This document shows positions 8,864-17,796 of a stretch of 64,000 nucleotides of DNA, in pieces. Within the stretch, counting starts at the first letter, position 1. Each line of letters opens with the position of its first letter. The position numbers and the translations under genes were made by a program. The stretch is taken from the NCBI GenBank assembly GCA_045546135.1, contig JAZQCD010000010.1, positions 1,766 through 65,765 on the forward strand. Direction: 5' to 3'. This DNA comes from Anaerovoracaceae bacterium (GTDB lineage: Bacteria; Bacillota; Clostridia; Peptostreptococcales; Anaerovoracaceae). The notes beneath the pieces are model-generated. The model was not told where the DNA came from, searched no databases, and saw only the letters and a program-made list of their open reading frames with translations.

Positions 8864-9718
8864 ATGGGAAGAAAAAGAGGCGGACTGGGAATGCTCCTTG
8901 CATGCCTGGTTGGATTCTGGATACTTAGGGCTTTGCTGCCCGCTCTTGCAGGAGTCTTCGGATTCTTACTTTGGGCTGCAGCCATAGGATTTGTCGTGCT
9001 CCTTGGAGCCATCATAATCTCAGGACTCAAATCAGGAGAAAAGGAAGCGCAGAAACCTGCAGAAGGCGAAACGAAAGCCCTGACCTTTGAACAGAAGAAA
9101 GCTGTAGATGATACCAAGGCGCTCCTCAACAAAATCAGGATCAATTCCGTAAGAGTGAACGATCCCCAGATCAGGAACGATTTTATCGATATCTGCAATG
9201 CGACAGAGAAGATAATAAACTACCTTAAGGACGATCCTACAGATTTCCAGACAGGAAGAAGAGTCATCAATTATTACACATCCAGCGTAGCAGAGATAGA
9301 GAGCAAGTACGTAAAGCTGCAAAACAGCGGTACGGACATGGGAAATACCTCTGAAAAGCTCAAAGGAAACCTTGAAGAGATCAAGGGAGCTCTTAACAAG
9401 CTTTATCAGAATCTCTTTGATGACGACAAACTCGACCTTACAGTTGAGATGAAGGCTCTTTCTATCGCTCTGAAAAGAGACGGTCTCGTTGACGACAGCT
9501 TTGCAAAGATCGCTCAGGACTTTGCTTCCGGCAAAGCAACTGAAGAGCAGATCCTTGCTCAGGCAGATGTCATAGAAGACGTGATCGCAAAGGCTGAAAG
9601 TTCTGCAGACGTTGCTCACGATGCAGCAGAGGACTATGCCAAGCAGACAGCTGCGGCTGCAGAAGCTGCTACAGGCGAAGCCATAGAGGAAGTAGGAGAG
9701 CTTCTCAGAAACGAATAG
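8864..9718 (+). CDS. XpaC-like (5-bromo-4-chloroindolyl phosphate hydrolysis family) membrane protein
   Basis: 284 aa with two N-terminal TM helices and then a helical domain. It sits immediately downstream of telA, as in the B. subtilis yaaN-xpaC arrangement. Confidence 0.6.
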   Translation: MGRKRGGLGMLLACLVGFWILRALLPALAGVFGFLLWAAAIGFVVLLGAIIISGLKSGEKEAQKPAEGETKALTFEQKKAVDDTKALLNKIRINSVRVNDPQIRNDFIDICNATEKIINYLKDDPTDFQTGRRVINYYTSSVAEIESKYVKLQNSGTDMGNTSEKLKGNLEEIKGALNKLYQNLFDDDKLDLTVEMKALSIALKRDGLVDDSFAKIAQDFASGKATEEQILAQADVIEDVIAKAESSADVAHDAAEDYAKQTAAAAEAATGEAIEEVGELLRNE

Positions 9719-9754
9719 GGCTATACACTAAAGTTTAGCCAAACAAGGACTTTG

Positions 9755-9786
9755 GAGGTCCCGCAAAAGCGGGGCCTCTTTTTTGT
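9755..9786 (+). terminator. intrinsic terminator
   Basis: GAGGTCCCGC-AAAA-GCGGGGCCTC followed by TTTTTTGT. Confidence 0.8.
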
Positions 9787-9884
9787 ATTCTTAACAACTG
9801 ACAGTTGTTGGCTCTGCATCCATATAATTGTTTTATTTTGCACCTTCTTGATTGTTAACATTAACATGTTAAGGAGGCATGACA

Positions 9885-10214
9885 ATGGTCCGCAATCTTA
9901 AATATTTAAGAGAAAAAAGAGGGCTCTCTCAAAGTCAATTAGCAGATGAACTTGGCGTTACTCAGCAGTCAGTGAATAAATATGAGAATCATACGACAGA
10001 ACCCGATATAGAGATGCTCATAAGAATAGCAAAGTTTTTCGATACGTCCGTGGATTTTCTTGTAGGTAATACGAATATCGAGAGAAAGTACGAAGTGGTC
10101 TACAGGACCGATCTCAATGACAGAGAGATGCAGGTCATGGAAGATTTCAGAGGGATAGACGAAAGCAGCAAGACTGCTGTTGAGATCGTCCTAAACGAAC
10201 TAAAGAAAAAGTAG
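9885..10214 (+). CDS. XRE-family helix-turn-helix transcriptional regulator
   Basis: LREKRGLSQSQLADELGVTQQSVNKYE. The ATG at 9885 is preferred over 9879 because of its spacing from AAGGAGG (9871-9877). Confidence 0.85.
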   Translation: MVRNLKYLREKRGLSQSQLADELGVTQQSVNKYENHTTEPDIEMLIRIAKFFDTSVDFLVGNTNIERKYEVVYRTDLNDREMQVMEDFRGIDESSKTAVEIVLNELKKK

Positions 10215-10229
10215 TATGCATAAAAGCAA

Positions 10230-10272
10230 AAGAGCTGCTCTTCCTATTCATTTGGAAGAGCAGCTTATTTTT
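10230..10272 (+). terminator. intrinsic terminator
   Basis: AGAGCTGCTCTTCC...GGAAGAGCAGCTT followed by ATTTTT. Confidence 0.75.
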
Positions 10273-10352
10273 AGAAACATTCATTTGAAGATGGCACTTT
10301 TATGATATAGAATGTAAGCGGTCGATTACAAGCAAAAAACGAGGGAGAAAAA

Positions 10353-11300
10353 ATGAAGATAGAACCTATCATAGCTGAAATGAAGAAGGCAGTTTACGGC
10401 AAGGATGACGTACTTGAAAAGATACTCATGTGCATCCTTTCAGAAGGGCATGTCATACTCGAGGATAAACCGGGCGTTGGAAAAACTACTATAGCAAAGA
10501 CCATATCAAAGGTCCTTGGCCTTGCATCAAAGAGGATACAGTTCACAAGCGATGTAATGCCTTCAGATGTTACAGGATATATAACATACAATAAAAATAA
10601 AGGGACAGACGAATTTGTTCCGGGTCCCATATTCGATACGAACATACTTCTTGCTGACGAGATCAACAGAGCAAGTTCAAAATGCCAGGCAGCTCTTCTT
10701 GAAGTAATGCAGGAAAGGCAGGCAACCATCAGTTCCGTCACAAAGAAAGTAGAGGACCCCTTCGTTGTCATCGCTACTATGAACCCCTATATTTCTTCTC
10801 TTTACGGAGTCAGCGTCCTGCCTCAGTCAGAACTTGACAGGTTCTCAATGGCTCTTTCAGTAGGATATCCTGAAAGAAAAGATGAACTTGAGCTCCTTGC
10901 ATCAAGAGACAAAGGAGACCCTGTAGACAGCCTTTCTGAAGTTGCGACCAAGGAAGAGATCCTTGCCTGCAGGAGGGAAATAGACGATGTCTATGTGGAT
11001 CTTGCCATATATACCTACGTATACGACCTTGCGTCTGCAACGAGAAAGCATCCTGATATCGAGGTCGGTATGTCTCCAAGAGGAGAACTCGTCCTCCTTC
11101 GCATGGCAAAGGCAGCTGCATATTTTGCAGGAAGAGACTATGTTACACCGGAAGACATAAAGAAGGTCTTTACGGATGTTTGCGTACACAGGATCAGCAT
11201 GAAGGAACAGGAACTTACTGTCATATCCGAAAGAAGAGTAAACCTTCTTAAAAAGATACTTTCAGACACTCCTGAACCACCTCTTTTAAGAGCAAGATGA
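10353..11300 (+). CDS. MoxR-family AAA+ ATPase
   Basis: 315 aa with Walker A (EDKPGVGKT), Walker B (LLADEINR) and overall MoxR length and layout. Confidence 0.9.
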   Translation: MKIEPIIAEMKKAVYGKDDVLEKILMCILSEGHVILEDKPGVGKTTIAKTISKVLGLASKRIQFTSDVMPSDVTGYITYNKNKGTDEFVPGPIFDTNILLADEINRASSKCQAALLEVMQERQATISSVTKKVEDPFVVIATMNPYISSLYGVSVLPQSELDRFSMALSVGYPERKDELELLASRDKGDPVDSLSEVATKEEILACRREIDDVYVDLAIYTYVYDLASATRKHPDIEVGMSPRGELVLLRMAKAAAYFAGRDYVTPEDIKKVFTDVCVHRISMKEQELTVISERRVNLLKKILSDTPEPPLLRAR

Positions 11301-12175
11301 CCATAATATTTATCCTCATTCTTTTGTTTGCTCTAAAGTTCAATTACCAGGTGACATACATAGATTATCTCATCGGGTTCGTTTTGCTTGCCCTTTTTGT
11401 ATCCTTTGCTTTATGTTTTTATGTTAAAAAAGCATTGCTTCTTAACATAGAAGCAGACGACAGGTGGTACAAGGAAGGAGACAGCATAAAGCTTAAGATG
11501 CTCATCGACGCTCCCTCCTTTCATCCTGACATAGTGCCACAGGTGACTTTAGAAAACCTTCAGACAGGAGAGATAAAGACACTTTCCGGCATATGCGAGG
11601 ATCAGGGAACAGTATATGAATTTAAGGACCTGTCTCCCGGCACCTTGAGACTGTCTGCAAAAAGAGTGATGATAAGCGGTTTCTTTGGAATTATCAAGCT
11701 TTCAAAAAAGACTGACTTTGAAAAGGTCTTCAATGTTTATCCAAAGAAGGCCCCAGTCAATTACAGATATGTAAGAAAGAGCTATATCCCGGGCGAAGGC
11801 GAGATACTGAATGCTAAAGGAGACGACTATACAGAAATCTTCGAAGTAAGGCCTCTTCAGGAAGGCGACGACCTAAAGCATGTCCACAAAGCTTTATCGG
11901 CTAAATACGATGAATATATAGTAAAGGTAGGATCGGACTCAAGGAAGTCCTTCTATACCTACTACCTAAATGACGGAGAAACTTTCAGCGTGATGCTGAA
12001 CCTTTTAGGGCAGCTCGCGCAGCTAAGAGAGACTGTCATAAAGGATGAAGGAGCCTTCATCATGGCAGTATACAAAGGAAAGCAAAGAGAACTTGTCTTT
12101 GATTCGCAGCTTTACAGCCTTGTTGACGAAGTCTACAAGGATTATGTGATACCAAGAGAAAAGAAAGCCAAATGA
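11297..12175 (+). CDS. DUF58-family protein (MoxR partner)
   Basis: The 4-nt ATGA overlap with moxR indicates coupling. There are N-terminal TM helices and a DUF58-like motif (VRPLQEGDDLKHVHKALSAKYDEYIVK). Confidence 0.7.
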   Translation: MTIIFILILLFALKFNYQVTYIDYLIGFVLLALFVSFALCFYVKKALLLNIEADDRWYKEGDSIKLKMLIDAPSFHPDIVPQVTLENLQTGEIKTLSGICEDQGTVYEFKDLSPGTLRLSAKRVMISGFFGIIKLSKKTDFEKVFNVYPKKAPVNYRYVRKSYIPGEGEILNAKGDDYTEIFEVRPLQEGDDLKHVHKALSAKYDEYIVKVGSDSRKSFYTYYLNDGETFSVMLNLLGQLAQLRETVIKDEGAFIMAVYKGKQRELVFDSQLYSLVDEVYKDYVIPREKKAK

Positions 12176-14028
12176 CATTTAAGGATATATCAAAAAGGCT
12201 TCCGGCCCTCACAGCGTATGTATGCAGCATCATCCTGGTACTAACTATCTACCGGGAGTTTTCCTATGCCGTTCCGAAAATGAAAGTCATAGGAAGTCTT
12301 TATGCGCCCATCCTTGGGATAGCTTTTCTTACTGCAGCATTCATTTTTGCTCTCATCAAGGAAAAGAAACTGATTTTCAGGTTCCTTTCCTTTGCAGCAA
12401 TGTTTGTTTGCAATGTGTTTTGCTACGGAGGCATAGAAGCTCAGGTAGTTCTCATCATAGCCTTGGTCCTTGACCTTGCTCTTGAGCACATAGACATAAG
12501 CCGCTTTATAAATCTTGCTGTCTTTATAATAGCTTTTATCATATGCGGCGCCATGGCATCTCTTACTGTTCCTGCCATAGAAAAGATAAAGACTCCTAAA
12601 ATGATCACAGACCTTCAGGAGTCATGGTTTTCGATAATAGAAGATGAAGGCGAGCCGGAACCTTCCCACGAACCGGTAACAGACCCACAGGACGCTATAG
12701 AAGTAGACCTTGGAAGGCTCCTTGGCAATGTCATAACCAACGAAGCCTTCGATCCCTCCGATCCTACGATGAGCATGGGCATAACCTCATCCTATCCTTT
12801 GGAAAAGATGATGGTATTTGCATGCTATGACTACGATCCTGTGGAGACCAAGTTCGATCTTGCTGTTGCAATGCCCTTTTCAGAGGACAGCGCTGATAAA
12901 TATTTTGGCAAAATATATACAGAGCACACTGTGCCTGCGCCTCTTCCATACTGGATAGAGATAGAAGACAACAGCATATACAAGGATATGAGATTCATTC
13001 CTTACTGCGATTTCAGGACAGAAGACCTTCTCCTTGTATGCAAGGATTCCTATGTATTCCTTGGAGAAGAGGGCCATCCTCAAAAGTACACCTATTACAT
13101 AGATCCTGACAGCTATTACGAAACTTCTGCTCCCGGGTACGGAGAATATGTAACGAACAACTACATAAGGATACCGGGAGAATTCAGAGAGACTCTGACA
13201 AACTTCCTTTTGTCTCACGGCATAGACGTTTATCCGGAAGACAGATATGAAGCAGTCTCAAAGCTTTGCGAAGTATTCGACAAAGAGTATATTTACAATG
13301 ATATACCTCCTGAACTTCCTCAGGGAGAAGATCCTGTTCTTTGGTTCCTTAATGTGAGCAAGACAGGCTACAGTAAGCACTTTGCAGCAGCTCAGGTTCT
13401 CCTTTTAAGAGCAGCAGGAATCCCTGCAAGATATACCTACGGCTACAAAATGAAAACAGAAGCAGGCCAGCCTGCCATCATTACGGAAGGCGATGCCTAT
13501 GCCTTTTGCCAGGTATATATAGACGGACGCTGGCAGATAGCGACTGAGCTGAAAAAACCTGTAGAAAAAGAAGATGAAGAAAAGGAACCCATCCTTCCAA
13601 TAGATCCCGTAGATCCGGAACCCACCCCAACAGACCCTGCTGAGCTTCCGGAAGAAAAGGGACCTAAGATCCCGTGGAAACTGATCGGCATCATAGGAGG
13701 AGCGATAGCATTAATAGCTTGTCTTACACTTCTTTGGAGGCACCTTGCAAGGAAATTTAGACCAAAAGCGCTTCAGATCATAAACGGCGATTACAAAGCT
13801 TTGAAAAAGTTCTACTTCATAAGGCAGGACATAGGGGACAGGATGCTTAAGGTCAGGTACTCAAAGGAAGGCCCCGAAGATGATGATGCAAGGCTCCTTG
13901 AAAGAGAGATAAGCGCTGCAAAAGCGCAATTCAAATACAGAAAAAAATATCTCACTGTGCTGAGGCTTTTGATCTTTACAAAATGGCAAAAGACTAAATC
14001 TGTAATATCAAATATGTTTCAGCATTAA
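12172..14028 (+). CDS. membrane protein with a transglutaminase-like core (catalytic residues apparently substituted)
   Basis: It overlaps the DUF58 gene by 4 nt and has multi-TM N-terminal and C-terminal TM segments. The core reads GYSKHFAAAQVLLLRAAGIPARYTYGY...DAYAFCQVYIDGRWQ. Confidence 0.7.
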   Translation: MTFKDISKRLPALTAYVCSIILVLTIYREFSYAVPKMKVIGSLYAPILGIAFLTAAFIFALIKEKKLIFRFLSFAAMFVCNVFCYGGIEAQVVLIIALVLDLALEHIDISRFINLAVFIIAFIICGAMASLTVPAIEKIKTPKMITDLQESWFSIIEDEGEPEPSHEPVTDPQDAIEVDLGRLLGNVITNEAFDPSDPTMSMGITSSYPLEKMMVFACYDYDPVETKFDLAVAMPFSEDSADKYFGKIYTEHTVPAPLPYWIEIEDNSIYKDMRFIPYCDFRTEDLLLVCKDSYVFLGEEGHPQKYTYYIDPDSYYETSAPGYGEYVTNNYIRIPGEFRETLTNFLLSHGIDVYPEDRYEAVSKLCEVFDKEYIYNDIPPELPQGEDPVLWFLNVSKTGYSKHFAAAQVLLLRAAGIPARYTYGYKMKTEAGQPAIITEGDAYAFCQVYIDGRWQIATELKKPVEKEDEEKEPILPIDPVDPEPTPTDPAELPEEKGPKIPWKLIGIIGGAIALIACLTLLWRHLARKFRPKALQIINGDYKALKKFYFIRQDIGDRMLKVRYSKEGPEDDDARLLEREISAAKAQFKYRKKYLTVLRLLIFTKWQKTKSVISNMFQH

Positions 14029-14046
14029 GAAGAAAGAGGGAAAGAA

Positions 14047-15465
14047 ATGATAGATAACAAAACTAAGATCATTTGCACCATGGGTCCGGCTACAGAGGAC
14101 GAAGCCGTACTTCGCCAGATGATAGAAAACGGCATGGACGTTGCAAGGCTAAACTTTTCTCATGGCACTCACGAAAGCCATGGAAAGACCATAGAGATGA
14201 TAAAAAGAGTGAGAAAGGATATGGGCGTGCCCCTTCCCATCATGCTCGATACCAAAGGCCCTGAGTATCGTATAAGGACCTTTGAGGGCAGCTCGATAGT
14301 CCTTGCAGACGGAGATCCCTTTGAGTTTTGGTGCGTAGAAAAACAAGGTTCAAAGGCGGGCGTCAGCGTATCCTATCCAAAGCTTTGCGAAGAACTGAGT
14401 GAAGGAGATACCATCCTCGTCAACGACGGCCTTGTATCCTTAAGAGTAGATTCCATTGAAGGTACTACCATAAAGTGCACGACTCTCATAGGAGGAAAGC
14501 TTTCAGACAGAAAGTCCATGAGTTTCCCCGGAAAAGTCCTTCACCAGGATTACTTAAGCGAGCAGGACAAAGAAGACCTTCTCTTTGGTATAGAGCAGGA
14601 TGTAGATTTCGTTGCATGCTCCTTTGTTTCAAACAGCCGGGATATCATAGACCTTAGGACCTTCCTCACAGAGCACGGAGGAAAGGACATACAGCTGATC
14701 GCAAAGATAGAGAACCGCTCCGGAGTAGATAATGCAGCAGATATACTTAGTTACTGCGAAGGACTCATGGTAGCAAGAGGAGACCTTGGCGTTGAGATCC
14801 CATATACAGAACTTCCTGCAATTCAAAAGAACCTCATAAAGCTTTGCCAAAGGAAGGGTGCTGTATGCATCACTGCAACTGAGATGCTCGAATCCATGAT
14901 AGAAAAACCACGTCCCACAAGGGCTGAGATCTCTGACGTTGCAAATGCAGTATTTGACGGATCCTCTTGCATAATGCTCTCAGGAGAGACTGCATCAGGA
15001 AAATATCCTGTCCAGGCAGTAAGAGCAATGGCACTCATCGCCATAGATGCAGAAGCGCACATAGATTATGTAAAAAGATTCGAGACCACAAGCTTTGATA
15101 TAGAGGACCTCACGGATGCTCTTTCTCATTCTGCAGGAAGGCTTGCCATCGACACTAATGCTTCTTGCATCGTTTCAAGCACCATGGGCGGAGAGACAGC
15201 AAGGATGGTATCAAGGAACCGTACTCCAATGAGGATAGTGGGCATGACCTGCGTAGAAAAGACCTACAGGCAGATGGGTATGTATTGGAACGTGACTCCT
15301 GTCATGGTCGATGAATTCGACGGGCTCGAGGAGCTCATCCTAAGCGCAAGAGAAATGGTCAAAAAGGAAGGCTTTGCAAAGAGCGGCGACGTAGTCGTAG
15401 TGACGGGCGGCCTTACAAACACAGCAGGCGGAACGAAGCTCATTCACGCAGATACTATAGATTAG
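14047..15465 (+). CDS. pyk: pyruvate kinase
   Basis: 472 aa: KTKIICTMGPA, ARLNFSHG, MLDTKGPEYR, MVARGDLGVEIP. Confidence 0.95.
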   Translation: MIDNKTKIICTMGPATEDEAVLRQMIENGMDVARLNFSHGTHESHGKTIEMIKRVRKDMGVPLPIMLDTKGPEYRIRTFEGSSIVLADGDPFEFWCVEKQGSKAGVSVSYPKLCEELSEGDTILVNDGLVSLRVDSIEGTTIKCTTLIGGKLSDRKSMSFPGKVLHQDYLSEQDKEDLLFGIEQDVDFVACSFVSNSRDIIDLRTFLTEHGGKDIQLIAKIENRSGVDNAADILSYCEGLMVARGDLGVEIPYTELPAIQKNLIKLCQRKGAVCITATEMLESMIEKPRPTRAEISDVANAVFDGSSCIMLSGETASGKYPVQAVRAMALIAIDAEAHIDYVKRFETTSFDIEDLTDALSHSAGRLAIDTNASCIVSSTMGGETARMVSRNRTPMRIVGMTCVEKTYRQMGMYWNVTPVMVDEFDGLEELILSAREMVKKEGFAKSGDVVVVTGGLTNTAGGTKLIHADTID

Positions 15466-15467
15466 AT

Positions 15468-16529
15468 ATGGAAAGACAAGATAAAGACTTAGCTTTCATG
15501 CTAAGATATGACAACATAGCAAGATTTGAGGATGGAGAAGTCCTCATACTTGACAGGCGCATATATCCTTCAAAGACAGAGTTCGTAAGGTGCAAGGACT
15601 ATACTGAAGTCGCAAAAGCTCTTACAGACATGGTGACCCAGTCTGCAGGACCATATACTGCAGGTCCCATGGGCATGGCTCTTGCTGCATGGCAGTGCAG
15701 GGATATGAAGGAAGCTGAGCAAAAAGAGTTTTTAAAGAAAGCTGCAGACGTCATCTCTACTGCAAGGCCTACTACGACAAAGCGCATGAGGCTCCTTTGC
15801 AATGAGTGCCTCGATGCGGCCTTTGGCGCTCTTGAAAATGGAGAGGATACCTATGCCTCAGTAATAGACAGGACTATAGAGCTCAATAATGTAAGGTACG
15901 CTCAGATAGGCGAGATCGCAAAGCATCTTGTGAGCACCTTCCCTAAAGGCGGCCATGTCATGACATACTGCTTTGCAGAGACCATAGTCGGCATGATGCT
16001 CAAAGAATGCAGGAATGAAGGAAAGGATATAAAGCTGTTTTGCCCAGAGACAAGGCCATATTTTCAGGGAGCAAGGCTCACTGCCACTGTTTGCAATGAC
16101 ATGGGATTTGACGTTACGGTCATAACGGACGGCATGCCTGCTTTCGTCATGAAAAAGGAAGGCATAGACGTATTCACTACAGCAGCGGATGCTATATGCG
16201 GTGACGGTCATGTAGTAAACAAGGTGGGTACCTGCAATACTGCCATAGTAGCAAAATATTTCGGAGTTCCATACTATGCTACAGGAGCTCCTGACGGAGG
16301 CCATCCCACTGTAGATACCATAGACTTAGAGCTAAGAGACGGAGAATTCACTCTTCAGGCCATGGGCGTAAGGACAGCAGCAAAAGGAGTCAAGGGATAT
16401 TATCCTGCTTTTGACATAACGCCTCCCGAGCTTGTCACGGGAATTGTCACTGACAAAGGCATATATTCGCCTTACGAACTTGATAAATATATAAAGGCAA
16501 CAGATGGGAAGGTAAGAGTGGTAGTATAG
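15468..16529 (+). CDS. divergent eIF-2B alpha/beta/delta-family sugar-phosphate isomerase (MtnA / ribose-1,5-bisphosphate isomerase-like)
   Basis: 353 aa: ETRPYFQGARLTA, AADAICGDGHVVNKVGT, YPAFDITPPELVTGIVTDKG. It starts 2 nt after the pyk stop. Confidence 0.75.
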   Translation: MERQDKDLAFMLRYDNIARFEDGEVLILDRRIYPSKTEFVRCKDYTEVAKALTDMVTQSAGPYTAGPMGMALAAWQCRDMKEAEQKEFLKKAADVISTARPTTTKRMRLLCNECLDAAFGALENGEDTYASVIDRTIELNNVRYAQIGEIAKHLVSTFPKGGHVMTYCFAETIVGMMLKECRNEGKDIKLFCPETRPYFQGARLTATVCNDMGFDVTVITDGMPAFVMKKEGIDVFTTAADAICGDGHVVNKVGTCNTAIVAKYFGVPYYATGAPDGGHPTVDTIDLELRDGEFTLQAMGVRTAAKGVKGYYPAFDITPPELVTGIVTDKGIYSPYELDKYIKATDGKVRVVV

Positions 16530-16560
16530 GGGGCTCGATTGCAGCGAAAGGAGCATTGAT

Positions 16561-16986
16561 ATGGATCAAAAGAAAAGAAAAGAACTTTTAAAAGAAGCTA
16601 TAGAAGCAAGGAAGAACGCCTATGTACCCTATTCACATTTCATGGTAGGCGCTGCGCTCCTTGCAAAGGACGGCAGGATATACAGAGGCTGCAACATTGA
16701 AAATGCAGCTTTTGGTTCCACCATGTGCGGCGAGAGGACTGCGTTTTTTAAGGCTGTATCTGAAGGCCAAAGAGAATTTGAAGCAATAGCAATAGTAGGC
16801 GGCCCTGAAGGGGGGAACCTCCTTCCCGTATGCGATCCCTGCGGCAATTGCCGCCAGGTCATGGCAGAGTTTTGCAAAGGTGATTTTGAGATAATCTTTG
16901 GCTCTTGCGAAGACGATATCTCCGTATATACGCTGGAGCAGCTCCTGCCCTTAAGGTTTGATTATGATGAGGCTATGAAGGCTTAG
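16561..16986 (+). CDS. cdd: cytidine deaminase
   Basis: 141 aa with the zinc motifs CGERTA and PCGNCRQ. Confidence 0.9.
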   Translation: MDQKKRKELLKEAIEARKNAYVPYSHFMVGAALLAKDGRIYRGCNIENAAFGSTMCGERTAFFKAVSEGQREFEAIAIVGGPEGGNLLPVCDPCGNCRQVMAEFCKGDFEIIFGSCEDDISVYTLEQLLPLRFDYDEAMKA

Positions 16987-17094
16987 TTAAGTATAGTATT
17001 TCCTCTCTTTTTTAAGAGAGGCCTGCATTTTAAGATCAATGTCCGAGACATGCTCCGGGCGGAAAGGCACCGCATATTGCGGTAGTATGATGAT

Positions 17095-17781
17095 ATGGAA
17101 GTAAAAGAAATTTTGAGTCGCTGCGACCACACGCTTCTTGCAGTGGACAGCACCTGGGAACAGATCAAGGGCATTTGCGATGACGGTATAAAGTACGGTA
17201 CGGCATCTGTGTGCATACCTCCAAGCTTTGTCAAAAGGGCAAAGGAATATGTAGGAGACAAGCTCGCCATATGCACGGTCATCGGTTTTCCAAACGGGTA
17301 TAACACGACAGCTGCAAAAGCATTCGAAGCAAAGGATGCCATAGAATGCGGAGCTGATGAGATCGATATGGTCATAAACATCGGAGATGTAAAGGATCAA
17401 AGATTCGGAGAGATCCTTGACGAGATCAAAGCTTTAAAGACTGTGTGCGGAGATCACATCCTCAAAGTCATAATCGAAGCATGCCTTCTTACAGAAGAAG
17501 AAAAGCTCATTATGTGCAAGATAGTAAGTGAAGCCGGCGCTGACTATATCAAGACATCTACAGGTTTCTCAACAGGAGGAGCAACAAGAGAAGATGTTGC
17601 GCTTTTAAGAGCAAACGTAGGAGAGAATGTAAAGGTCAAGGCTGCAGGCGGCATAAAGGATCTAAAGGACGCTGAGGACTTCATAAAGCTTGGTGCAGAC
17701 CGCCTCGGAACTAGCCGCGTAGTAAAGGCAGCAAAGGCTCTTGAGGAATCAAAGCCTCTTGACAATAAAGAAGAGTATTAA
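17095..17781 (+). CDS. deoC: deoxyribose-phosphate aldolase
   Basis: 228 aa: [14 protein letters not shown], the Schiff-base region [10 protein letters not shown], and VKAAGGI. Confidence 0.9.
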   Translation: MEVKEILSRCDHTLLAVDSTWEQIKGICDDGIKYGTASVCIPPSFVKRAKEYVGDKLAICTVIGFPNGYNTTAAKAFEAKDAIECGADEIDMVINIGDVKDQRFGEILDEIKALKTVCGDHILKVIIEACLLTEEEKLIMCKIVSEAGADYIKTSTGFSTGGATREDVALLRANVGENVKVKAAGGIKDLKDAEDFIKLGADRLGTSRVVKAAKALEESKPLDNKEEY

Positions 17782-17796
17782 GTTTTGGTGAGAAAA

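Noticed and set aside
10353-14028. MoxR-DUF58-transglutaminase operon as an anti-phage or conflict system
   Set aside because: The gene order and overlaps match the widespread housekeeping MoxR/DUF58/TGase-like triad. There is no vWA-effector, nuclease or other conflict-system hallmark nearby. Only the substituted catalytic triad is reported, as a separate finding.
16983-17400. Two overlapping minus-strand ORFs (132 and 137 aa) opposite deoC
   Set aside because: They are antisense to deoC and show no motifs.
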